NCBI GenBank assembly: GCA_030390025.1
Contig: CM059431.1
Location: 140,432,001-140,496,000, forward strand
DNA length: 64,000 nucleotides
DNA from: Squalus acanthias
Taxonomy: Eukaryota
Direction of reading: 5' to 3'
A program made the position numbers and the translations under genes. Shown in pieces: positions 26,990 to 38,281 of this stretch. Under the pieces are notes generated by a model, which worked only from the letters and a program-made list of their open reading frames with translations, did not search any database and was not told the origin of the DNA. Each line of letters begins with the position of its first letter. Position 1 is the stretch's first letter.

Positions 26990-27432
26990 CAAAATACTGC
27001 GGATGCTGGAAATCCGAAATAACAACAGAAAACGCTGGAAAAACTCAGCAGGCCAGGCAGCATCCGTGGAGAGAGAAACAGAGTTAACGTTTCAGGTCGA
27101 AGACCTTTCGTCAGAACTGGAAATAGAAGGAAATGAAATAGATTTAAAGCAAGGATAAAGCTGGGAAAAGGGGGAGGGGATAAAAGTCCAAAAGGAGCGA
27201 TTAAGAGACATTGAGAGACATTAAGAGATGATCAAGGCAAGAGGAGGTGTTAATGTGAAAGGTTGAGGCTAAATGATGTGTGAAATGCACTGGCAAAATG
27301 AAGGACAGCTGCCAGATTCTAGGAGGAAAAAAAAGAGGGGGGGTGTAAACAAAAGGGTGGATGAAAAAATAAAATATTAATGTGATAGGGGCTAGGTTAT
27401 GATCTAAAATTATTGAACTCGATGTTGAGTCC
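26990..27432 (-). mobile_element. Penelope-like element 3' fragment with hammerhead motif
   Basis: The minus strand gives an ORF end GLNIEFNNFRS* (27432-27397), resembling PLE GIY-YIG C-termini, then a CTGACGA...GAAAC motif. Flanked by the direct repeat AGAGCTGGAAAGTG(A/G)GAT. Confidence 0.7.
27082..27118 (-). ncRNA. Minimal type I hammerhead ribozyme motif
   Basis: agtt-CTGACGA-a-aggtc ttc gacct-GAAAC-GTT-aact: core boxes, 5-bp stem II, 4-bp stem I and a palindromic stem III (AACGTT). Confidence 0.6.
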
Positions 27433-28496
27433 AGAGCTGGAAAGTGGGATTAGGCTGGATCGCTCTTTTTCGGCCGCACGGAATCGACTAGACAAATGTA
27501 CCCCTTATGTGCTGTTAATTGATATGCTTGTATGATTCTAGTGATGATTAGAAGATTGTGGCCAGCAACGCGACAATTTCTACCTTACTTCCCTCAGTAA
27601 CCGAGGATGGATCCCATCCAGTACGGCTGACTTATCCACTTTATCGACACCAGCCTTTCTATTACATCCTCTTTATCTGTTTTATCTCATCCAGTATCCT
27701 TCCTGTTTACCGTAGCTTTGGCAAAGTCCTCTTCTTGGAAAACACTGATGCATAGTACTCATTTAATACCTCAGCAATGCCTTCTGCCTCTACCAATAGA
27801 TCAACATTTTTGCACGATTGGCCCCACTGCTCCTATGACACAAATAATTTTGTTGGTATGCCGATATGAGACCTTTGGTTTCCCTTTTATGTTAGGCGCC
27901 AATCTATTCTCGCACTGTCACTTTCCCTCTATTATTTCCTTTTTCACTTCTCCTCTTTGCTTTTTTATATTCAGCCTGATTCTCGCTTACATTATCAAGC
28001 TGACATCTGTCATACATTTTATGCTTCATCCTAGTCTAACCCCTTCGTCATCCAGGGAGCACCGGCTTTGGTTGCCCTCCCATTCCCCCTTGTGGGAATG
28101 TACCTCGACTGTACCCGAACAATCTCCTCTTTAAAGTCCGCCCATTGCTCCATTACATTTCTGCTGCCAATCTGTGACTCCAGTTTACCCGGGACAGATT
28201 CCCTCCTCAATTCGCTGAAAATAGCCCTCCTCCAGTTAAGTTTTTTTATTCTGTATTGCTCATTGTCCTTCTCAATAGCTAATCTAAACTTTATCATACA
28301 ATGATGTCTATTCCGAGATTCTACCCCACTGTGATATTTTCCACTTGACCCGCTTGAACTGCCGAAGTGAAATGCAGCGGCAGCTTTCTGGACAGCCCAT
28401 ATCTCTGAAATACAGTGAGATAATCGACCATCTGAAGTCAGGCTGTGAGAAACCAACTTCCAACAACAGCCCGGGCAGAAAAAAAGGAAACAAAAA

Positions 28497-29275
28497 GAAA
28501 TACTTGTATTTATATAGCGCCATTCACGACCACTGGACGACCCAAAGCGCTTTACATCCAATAAATGTTTTTTTTTTCAAGTGTAGTCATTATTGTAATG
28601 TAGGAAAGGCGGCAGCCAATATGCGCACATCAAGCTTCCACAAACAGCAATATGATAATGATCTGATAATCTGTGTTCAGTGATGTTGATTGAGGGATAA
28701 ATATCGGTCAGGGCAACGGGGATCTCTCCCCTGCTCTTCTTCGAAATAGCGCTTAGGCATATTTTACGTCACTTGAGAGGGCTGACGGGGCCTCGGGCTA
28801 ACGTATCCACTTAATAGTGTTTCCACTTGTGGGGAAGAGCATAACTGGAGGCCATCAGTATAAGATAGTCACAAAGAGATCAAATAGGGAATTCAGAAGT
28901 AACTTGTTTCCCCAGAGAGTGGTGAGAATGTGGAACTCTCTACCACAGGAAGTGGTTGAGGCCAATAGTATAGATGCTTTTAAGGGGAGGCTAGGCAAGC
29001 ATATGAGGGAGAAGGGAATAGAGGGATGTGCTGATAGATTTAGTTGAGGATAGACGGGAGGAGACTCGAGTGGAGCATAAATGCCGGCATGGCCTGTTTC
29101 TGTGCCGTATATCCTATGTAGCCTATTTATCATCTGAAGGACGGCACCTCCGACAGTGCAGCACTCCACTGGAGTGTCAGCCAAGATTTCTGTGCTCAAG
29201 TCTCTGGAGTGGGATTTGAACCGATAACCTTCTGATTCAGAGTCGAGGGTGCTACCAGCTGAACCGCGACTGACA
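28497..29275 (-). mobile_element. tRNA-derived SINE, same family, split by a plus-strand CR1 3' fragment (28817-29120)
   Basis: SINE tail at 28497-28806 and head at 29128-29275, with a CR1 terminal fragment between them. Confidence 0.75.
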
Positions 29276-29719
29276 CTATATAGCGAGAGTAGGGAATTCA
29301 ACGCTCTGATTTCCTTCTTCTATACAGTCCCGAAAGGTAAATAAATTAATCGTCCCCATCTACATTTCTGCAAAGTGTTTGTATAAATCTGTGCAAATTT
29401 CCATTCTGCAGTGACACCGACAAAAATAATTGCACTGACAGACCGTGGTCCGAGTAGGAACAGACTCCAGTCATCATGGTTCTGTTCTAGATCAATAGTG
29501 GGAAGGACACATAATCAGTGAAATGCAATCTCCAAAAGTTCCCCTGCTCCCTTTGTCTCGACGAATCGTTAACCCGTTTATAGAAAATGTGTTTGGGATT
29601 CATATATACACATAATTTATAACTCATAATCTCGCAATATCATAAATTCCGAAAACATGGACCACGGGTTCTAGTGTTTGATGAACAATATCTCGGGTAT
29701 GGTAATGTCATGCTTATTC

Positions 29720-30115
29720 TACTTGACTATGATTTGGTGTCCTTGAGTAATAATCCAGAGAACGTGAGCTGAAATCCCACCTTGCCAGTTTGAGAATTTG
29801 AATTCTGTTTCTGAAAAGTTCTGAAAATAAAAGCTGTTGAAAATAAAAGGCTGGCATCAGTAAAATTAATCATGAAGCTGTCGGGTTGTGGGAAAAACCC
29901 AAACTGGTTCACTGATGTCCTTTAGAGAAGGCAATCTACATTTCTTACCCCGTCTGGACCTCTGTGTGTCTCCAGTCCCAAACCAACGTGGCTGAGTCCT
30001 AACGGCCCCTCTGAAGTGGACTAGCGAGCCTGTCAGCTATATCCAGGACAACTAGGGATCGCATTAAATGCCGACCTTTCCAGCGACGCCCACATGCCTA
30101 GAATGAATAAAAACA
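29720..30115 (+). mobile_element. Second SINE family; a related minus-strand piece lies at ~43790-44045
   Basis: Degenerate tRNA-like head and a tail (ccagcgacgcccacat...gaatgaataaaa) shared with the LINE 3' fragments at 17560-17890 and 32275-32630. Confidence 0.6.
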
Positions 30116-30701
30116 ATTCAACAGATTAATATGTTCTTTTGGTACTCCGTTTCATGAGACAATGAACAAGATAAGAAATTATCATTTGGAGATTATTTTG
30201 AGATAATTGAATAATGAGTGATTCTTGAAAATCTACTGTCCAATGTTAGCGCCTAATCAATCAGTTCAAACGTTGAACCTTCCGATAAAATAACCATCAG
30301 TACGGACACAGGAAGCGTCTGACCACCTATAGGAGCAAGTGTAATATCCAGCCTCACATTACAGATCAGCATTCCCGCAATCTTTCCATCAAATATCAGC
30401 TGTTCTCCTCGGAACTGAACTGACGAAAACAGCTGCAGAAAAGATAAAATGGTTGGACTGTTGCTTTAAGAATCTAGTGAGAGAACAGGGCCAAACTCCA
30501 CCCCCCCCCCCCCCCCCGCCTAACCGGTAATATGAGACACACCCCGCAGTGTTACTCAAGTGTCCGGTCAGAAAGGCTGGCGAGCTCTGAAGGAGGACGC
30601 AGAGTCCCGACCGGTGACCGATACTCACGGGTAAGTTAAGCTGACTTCATATTGTCCATGTGATTCATTTTACCAGAGACATGGCTTTTTTTGCGATCAA
30701 T

Positions 30702-30881
30702 GGGGGCAATTTAAACCCTGGGCGATGGTGTGAAATGGGCGATGTGGAATTAGCCCCCGTTATACGCCCGCCAGATGTTCCTTTCCATTGAGATCCATTG
30801 AAGGGAAAATCTGTCAGGGCAGATAACAGCCCATTCGATGCCGCCCGTGTTACGCTATCGGTCAAAGTTAAAATTGCCCCC
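30702..30881. mobile_element. Short MITE, TIR GGGGGCAATTT
   Basis: 11-bp perfect TIR with flanks AAT and AAC; internal palindromy. Confidence 0.7.
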
Positions 30882-33157
30882 AACGTTTATAGAATTGTGA
30901 CAACTTTATCTGTATATTATCTGCATTTCAAATATTACAGTTTCTTCTCGGATTGGTGGATATTTTCAGTCCGTATTTGTCAGTTGAGGTCCTGTCCTCA
31001 AATGCAATCCAACCATTACATACAATATCACACGAACAAAGGAAACGTGTGGGCAGGATTATTTTTAACAACTGATTATTCAATTTGCATTGAACACGAT
31101 ACAGAAGTAATACTACGTCTTAGCATTCAACCGAAATAAGACACAATGTTTTACATTGATGCTATTACTTTTCTTTTTAGTTCAATAATCCGTGTAACCT
31201 CATACATTAGTAATATTTAGTGTTAAGTGATTTATTATTAAAAATATAGAGAACGTGATGAAACTTAAATGGGAAGATTTTCGCTAGGCTGTATTGAAAA
31301 AAATGCCTAGGTGTGCATGGAAATATTATTTCGGTTGGTAATTACAGCGAAATTCACAATAAAAATAGACGCTTGCGATTCCAGAAATAAAAGACACAAC
31401 AAAGCACTTCATCACCGCAGGAAACATATTGCCATCGATTTGGCACAAATCGATTGTCCCGATTAAAATTGCATGACTGGGCAGAAAGTTGCCTTCAGAG
31501 GTTTAGTTTGTTAGATTTTTTTAACTGAATTATTAAAATCCCCATCATGTGATTCGTGAAAACGAAGCACTCCTCAAGAGTCAAAGGAAATAACCATATG
31601 CACGTGACATGAACGTGTCATATTGATGGGTTCAATCGAAATGAATTGATTTCGTAGAAAATAGTTATAGATTCAATGCCAGGATGGCTATGTCGCAATT
31701 TTCCATTGCCAGATTATAATATTGTAAAGAATGTTGTTTATTTACTATTAAGTCAAATGTTGGCATTCTAATGTCTGTGGAAATAGCTTCTTATTCACTA
31801 AGGGCCATTTGTCCAGTCCTTATTTGGAACATGGCAGCATCACTGAGCATAGAAGAGAGCGTCATCAGTCCCAATATTAACCTACAATCTGGTGCAAGGG
31901 AAGCCCCAATGAGACGAGGAGGCTCCCAGACTCATTAACCAACCAGAAGAATAAACTGTCCAGGAATTCACATGGGAAAACATAAAGCTCTGGGGGTAAG
32001 ATGAAACCCTTTATTTTAATAATTTATTCCTTCTCATGTCGATCATAATTTCAACATGCAATGCTTTAATTTCAAGACGCCTTGAGTAAAATGGATTCGA
32101 GCCGCAAGTGTAGAGACATCATCAATTAGCTGATGGAGGTTAGTTCCCGTCACTAGTCGTAGAGAAATTGTAAACAACTTCAGTGTGATCACATGTAGAA
32201 TTTCACTGGGACTACCAACCGGGAATTATGTTCCTGAGTATATTTATGAGCTATACTTTTAAAAATTAATTCTGGGGATATGGGCCTCGCTAGTAACGTC
32301 AGTATTTATTTCCCAGAGCATTTCCCCATGAAAAAATCTTGGTGCACCCTGTGCTCAACGTGCTTCCACAGTGCCGTTAGCCAAGATCTCAAGGGTTTTG
32401 ACCCAGCGACGATGAAGGAACGGCGGATATCTTCCCATGTCGGGGTGGTGTGTGACCTGGAGCGGAGTTTATGGTGTTCTCATGCGCCAGCTGCCCTTGT
32501 CCTGGGTTGTGGAGTTCCCGGGTTGGAGCAGTGCCGTTAACGAAGCCTTTGCGAGTTGCTGCAGTGCATGCTGTAGATGGCGCACACTGCAGCCATGGTG
32601 CGCCGGTGGTGGAGGGAATGAATGCTTAAGGTGCTCCACAGGCATATGTGTGTTGGAGAATTTCCTCCGTGGCCATCGTCGTAACAAAAGGTTGTTAGTC
32701 CGACGATAATAACTCAGCTCATGATTCTTGCACGAGTGTTTTTTAAAAATAATATCAAGCTTGATTACATTGAACATTAACAATATTAGAATTTATATAA
32801 CTGTTCTGCAGTGTTATAGTAAATGGCAAGAATCCATGTAAATTATACAACCTGGTTCCCCGGCCCGGAGTGATCAGTTTCGGCTCTAGGCTGCCTGTAT
32901 GTCTGCGGGCTCCCAACTGACCATGAGAGCGCTCCCACCTACAAGAGAACCACACAAGCCGTGTTTCCCAGGCGAACAGCGTCATCCCTCCAGGTCTTCC
33001 CTGTGGCTGCGTGAGTCCTGACCAACCCGAGAACGTCTGCCTTGGGGACAAACAGGTTCTGTTTTTATACTATAGTACAAGCTTGATCTGTGCCTACGTA
33101 ATACATAGTTGCCGTTTTGCTGAGGCCACATTTTTAGCTGTTTACCCCACTTAATTA

Positions 33158-33342
33158 GGGCTAGAAAATCGGCTCGGGCGGTGAATCAAAACGGGCGGTA
33201 TCGGATAGGGGGCTGGTATTCCCAGGGCATGATATTCAGTTCCATTGCAGTCAAGTTGACTGAATATTAGGTGCTGCGTTTAACTGGGACGCCGATCCTA
33301 TACCGCCCGTTTTGTGTCACCGACCGAGACGAATTTCTGGCC
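33158..33342. mobile_element. Short MITE with ~48-bp imperfect TIRs
   Basis: GGCTAGAAAATCGGCTCGGGCGGTGAATCAAAACGGGCGGTAT versus the reverse complement of the right end, GGCCAGAAATTCGTCTCGGTCGGTGACACAAAACGGGCGGTAT. Confidence 0.75.
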
Positions 33343-34319
33343 AATTTTTTGGACTTTGCCTCTTTTCTACAAGCTTTCTTTATAATGCAGCAATTAGGTC
33401 ATTTTTTTATCTTTTACCGTGTTATATGGTGTCTTGGCAACTAGTATCTTTTCAGCCTTTTTGTTGACCTGGGCTTTTTGAACTTGTGTCCTTGCGTTTC
33501 CAAACTCTTTATGGTTCATACTTAGAGACAAGAGTCAAGTTCCCCTTTCTCCCACATCTGCTCATTAAGTATGCTGATGAAAGAATGCTAGGACATCTTG
33601 ACCATTTAAATGATCGTAAAGCATTCTAACAATGTGCTAATCGAATCATCTAATTCAGATTTCAACAAAGCTTTACTTGTATCTTACATCTCTCTCCCTC
33701 TCTACCTTTCTTTCTCACCCCTCTCTCGCTACTTCCCCCTCTCTCTAGCTCCCACACACACTGATATTTTTTGTATGATTTTAAATATGTTACCTTTCTT
33801 GGTCAATATTGTTCTCTTTTAGTTTACTCAGATTGTGTTGGGAATATTTTTTATAATATTCTGGACGACTTTAATTCTGAGTCCGATACCGATGCCGGGA
33901 GCACACTGAACACACTGGTGTGGCGGACTGTCGGTGAGTTTCCGTGCAATGTATGTAGTAGATACTGCAGGGAGGAATTTAAATCCGGTTGGAATTGATT
34001 AGATGAGATGCTCGAACTTTTTTGCCATTTTATGCATGGAATTGTAGCACCTTGCTGTAATATTCTTCAGATTGTCGCTATTTTATCGGAGGCATCGACT
34101 ATTCTAAACCGAATAACAATCCCGTTAAAATGGCGAACAAATGGGATGTTACAGGAACGAAAATTCCGAAGGTAAAAGCAGAAATAATAAAGTCTGCACC
34201 CAGATTTATTTAAAATATTTTTTATCGAGATGGTTATTTGTTTATTGCTATCGTATTCAACTTGTGATGGTCTGAACAATTAGCCAGTGAATTACGCTTC
34301 AGAATTTAAAACAGTTATT

Positions 34320-37310
34320 ATAGTTCACCAGAATGATACCGGGGTTAAATTAATTTTAAATAATAGGGCAAGTTGCATAGTCTTAACTTGAATACCCTCG
34401 AGAAAAGAAGGTTAAGGGGTCATCTAACGGAAGTGTTTAAGATGATTAAAGAATCTAACATGGTTGATAGAGAGGAACGATTTCCTCTGGTGGGGGAGTC
34501 CGGAACATAACCTTAAAATTAGAACTAGGCCATTCAGGGGTGACATCAGGACGCACATCTTCACGTAAAGGGTATTGAAAATCTGGTCCTGTCTCTCTCC
34601 AATAGCTGTTGAGGGTGGGGGTCAATTGTAAATTTCAAAACTGAGTCTGATCGATGTATGTCACATGCAGGAGGTTATTGAGGGTTATGGAACCAAGGCA
34701 GGCAGATGAATTCAAATTATAGATCAGCCATGATCTAATTAATAGGCGGAACAGGCTCCAGGGGCTGAATGACCTAGTCGTGATTCTGTCTTCCAATAAT
34801 TATACACAGGCTTCATCAAGTGTAATTGATATTTCTCATTTATTTCACAGTTTATACTTTCTGGGAGCCTGTGGTGCATTGTGGGAAAGACATCATCTAC
34901 AGGCCTTGTAAGTATCTCCACAATGACTCTCCATTTAAACAAAACAGTCCATTGCACGGAATACTGCTCTAATTTGACATTCTGTTTGCTGAGCTGATTA
35001 TTGACATATTCACAAAGTAACCTTTAACTGGGATTGTTTAGATATGTGGTAAGCCGTATAATTGGGTAGTTCTTGGGGATGAAATTGGAAAATTGCAGGG
35101 CGGTTACACAAGCGGTAGTGCATCGGTCGCCCGTTAGACGGCCGGCCCGATATTTAATTATATTGATTTCTTAAACTATATTGACTGTTTTACACTCACT
35201 GGGATTAAACTGGACTTCGTTGGTAGGAAAACGAATCGGCAGCCTTTTTTAACATCTACACCAATGTGTTTTACCCACTAGGCCCAGTTGTAATTCCAAA
35301 CAATTGCTCTCGTTGCACCTTTACTAGCCAAGAGTATTAACGCTATTCGGAACCAAGGCGGCTAGATGGAATTATGCTAGAGATCAGAAATAATCTAACT
35401 GAATGGCGGAACAGTTTCGAGGGGCTGAATGAACTACTCCTGTTCCTATGTTCCTGTGTTCCTAATGACTGTCCAGCCGGGATTTCATTATCTGTTCTTT
35501 AGACTCTAACCCTGACCAGTGCAGTTTCCCACTATTCAAATTGCACTGCAGAATCCAACATATAAAAACATTTTCTTCTACAAATTAGATTGAAATAAAT
35601 CTCACTTCTTCTGTTTCTCTTTTAAGCCAACTACATATCTTGCCATATTAGGTCAAATGTTGTTTCCAGAAAGAAAAAGTAGACTCTAATTTGATTGCTC
35701 TTTCAAAGAGCCGGCACAGACTTTATGGACCTGATGGCCTTCTTCTTTGCTGTAAGCTTCTATTATTCTATTTTTATTGGAATAAATCCGTTTTGTATGG
35801 AAATGTTAACTCCTTAATATCTTCAGATGGGCGCTTTCAATTTGATTTTCCACCCACACAAAAAACTGCATTGTGTATACATCACTAAACTCAGATATTG
35901 TAGTAATCTTTTCCTTATTCTTCGAAGGTGGCGACGTGGCTGCTGCTAAATACAATCAGTGCCCTTCTTGGGGGAGCCAATCTGGTCCTGTATTGCATTT
36001 ACCTCGAGGTTATGACCCCACTCATTTTCTGCCCTTCCGGAACAGTCTGTGAATCTGGGCCCATTACTTTGGCTGTAAGTACAGAATTGAAATATTAATC
36101 GCAGAATTAGAGAATGAAACAGCAGAGCGGGAGGCCATTCGGCCCATCCTGCCAGTGCTTGCTCCTTTAAAGAGTTATCCAGGCATATTCACTCCACTGC
36201 TATTTCTCCATAACTTTGCAAAATTTTCCGGATTGAAGTATTTATCCAATTCCCTTTTGAGAGGCATTATTGAATCCACCGCGCGTTCAGGCAGTACATT
36301 GCCTATCACAACAACTCGCTACATAATTTTTCCTCACGTCGCCTTTGGTTAATTTGCAAATTACCTTAAATGTCTGTCCTCTGGGTACCGACCGTGCTGC
36401 CACTGGAACCAGCTTTTCCTTATTTACTCTATCAAAAGCCTTCATGATTTTGAACAATTCTACTAAATGTCCCCTTAAACTTCTCTGCTCCAAGGAGATC
36501 AACCCAGTTTCTCTAGTCTAGACAGATTACTGACTTTTTTCATCCCTGGTACCTTTCTATAACATCTATGTGCTCCCTCTCTCAGGCTTTGACATCCTTC
36601 CGAAAGTGTGGTGCTTTGAATAGGCCACATTACTGCAGCTGAAGCCTAAGCAATGTCTTATACAGAGTTAACTTAACTAACTTTATATATAAATATTCAA
36701 ATCAGCACTCTCTTTGGCCTTGTTACGTGGGTTGCACAATTAAATAATTTCCTACGAGAAACTTTCGAGATTGCCCTTCACAGTTCAGCTTTCCATTTTG
36801 CAGGCAAACACAGGCGCAATAAAACCAGTGGTCGGCGGATCAACTTGAGAGAGAAGCAGTGAGAAATCCCTTTAGGAGGCGTCTTGTTTCCCATCTTACG
36901 AAGTGTAAACGCAAAGCAGTCAATTCACCGTTTCAATGGGATGAGAGGACTTCCTCTGAAGACATTTATACAGGAAACAAGCTTGAAGTTAAAGTAGATA
37001 TTTAGGGAGTCAACACAAATTTGCTTAAATTCTCCAAATAGTTAAAAAAAAATGATTACATAGATAGTGTGAATTAACCAGTGGCAGAGGGTCGGTAACC
37101 AAAGGACACAGTTTGAAGATAATTGGCAAAAATCACAGAATCTTGAATAATAATATTCAAAGTGAAATTTGATAATACATGAACGGAAAAAAATGGCGAT
37201 GGGGAAAGGGCCGGGGAGTGGAATTGGATATCACTTTCAAGGTATAAGCATATGCACGAAGGGCCGAATGGCCTCGTTCTGTACTGTATAATTCTGTGAT
37301 TATATGAATT
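34320..37310. mobile_element. Several short CR1 3' fragments in MS4A introns (34320-34790 +, 35320-35465 +, 36110-36680 -, ~37070-37310 +)
   Basis: CR1 terminal motifs (gatcagccatgatct...aatggcgga...ggggctgaatg) and RT C-terminal remnants. Confidence 0.7.
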
Positions 37311-37559
37311 GGTACTGCAGAGATTAAAGCAATCTTCGGCCTGTTCGTACCTTGTATGTGCACAAGTTGTAACATTTCCAATTATATTGTCAACTGTTCA
37401 AGTTTGTAACGACCAGACTTTATGCCAGTCGGCTGAGGCGGTGCTGTAGCGCATGCGTTTAATGGCTGCTCCCTCCTCAACCAGGAGTGCAGAGATGCTT
37501 CAATTAAATGTTATTCTAAACTTCCAACATTGCGGTCAGTTTTCCTATCCACAGAGTCA

Positions 37560-37995
37560 TCTGTTGCTCAGTGGGTAGAACTCTCGCCTCTGAGTCAGAA
37601 AGTTGTGGGTTCACAGTCCCGCTCCAGGACCTTGAACACAAAAATCTAGGCTGACATTCCAGTGCATTGCTGAGAGAAAGCTGGACTGTCGGAGGTGCCG
37701 TCTTTCGGATGAGATATGAAAGCAAGGTCTGCTCTCTCAGGTGGACGTCAAAGATCTCATGGAATTTTTCGAAGAAGAGCAGGTGAGTTATCCCCGGTGT
37801 CCTGGCCAATATTTATCCCTCAATCAACATAACAAAACAGATTATCTGGTCAGCATCACGTTGCTTGTGGGAGATTGACTTGTGCGTTTCCTATATTACA
37901 ACAGTGAGAACACTCCAAAAAATACTTAATTGGATGTAAAGCGCTTGGAGACGTCCGGTGGTCGTGAATGGCGCTATATAAATACAAGTCCTTCT
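37560..37995 (+). mobile_element. tRNA-derived SINE, same family (in MS4A intron)
   Basis: Aligns to 16986-17365. Confidence 0.8.
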
Positions 37996-38143
37996 TTTAA
38001 GAGCAACGTTCAGACTTGCAAACGGGTGCTGACCAACTTTTCCACGCCCTGGTCCAGTAATTGCCTCCCCCACCCTGAAATATATTTTCAGCTGAAGACA
38101 TGTTCTCGAATCCCTGTGGGTGGTCGTGTAAAATTGAGTCTAT

Positions 38144-38281
38144 GGGGATGAAATTAGTCTGCTTTACGCTCCTCCCGATTTTCTTTTCCATTAAATTGAA
38201 TTGTAGAGGAAAATCGGGAGGAGCGTAAAACGGACTTCCGACGCCCGTTTAGCACTACTGGTCGAGATCAATTTCACTTCC
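38144..38281. mobile_element. Short MITE with a perfect 21-bp internal inverted repeat (38163-38229)
   Basis: TTTACGCTCCTCCCGATTTTC ... GAAAATCGGGAGGAGCGTAAA; ends GGGGATGAAATT and AATTTCACTTCC. Confidence 0.6.

Larger units (their letters stand above)
25978..27540 (+). mobile_element. 5'-truncated CR1 nested in another CR1 and itself interrupted by a Penelope-like fragment
   Basis: RT remnants (KFTDD-like, RPQLEYCVQ) and a 3' tail ending tatgattcta. Confidence 0.8.
24540..28310 (-). mobile_element. Decayed CR1 (24540-25977 and 27541-28310), interrupted by a plus-strand CR1
   Basis: RT C-terminal ORF 25119-24823 (LVRSQREYCVQFW); sequence is collinear on both sides of the insert. Confidence 0.8.

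Noticed and set aside
33771..33998. ORF-track peptides 33771-33998 and 18309-18524 as proteins
   Set aside because: They are largely alternative frames of the MS4A exons.
34071..34171. AG/GT-bounded 101-nt candidate exon in the MS4A region
   Set aside because: No MS4A-like motif, and it would break the phase between the 111-nt and 57-nt exons.
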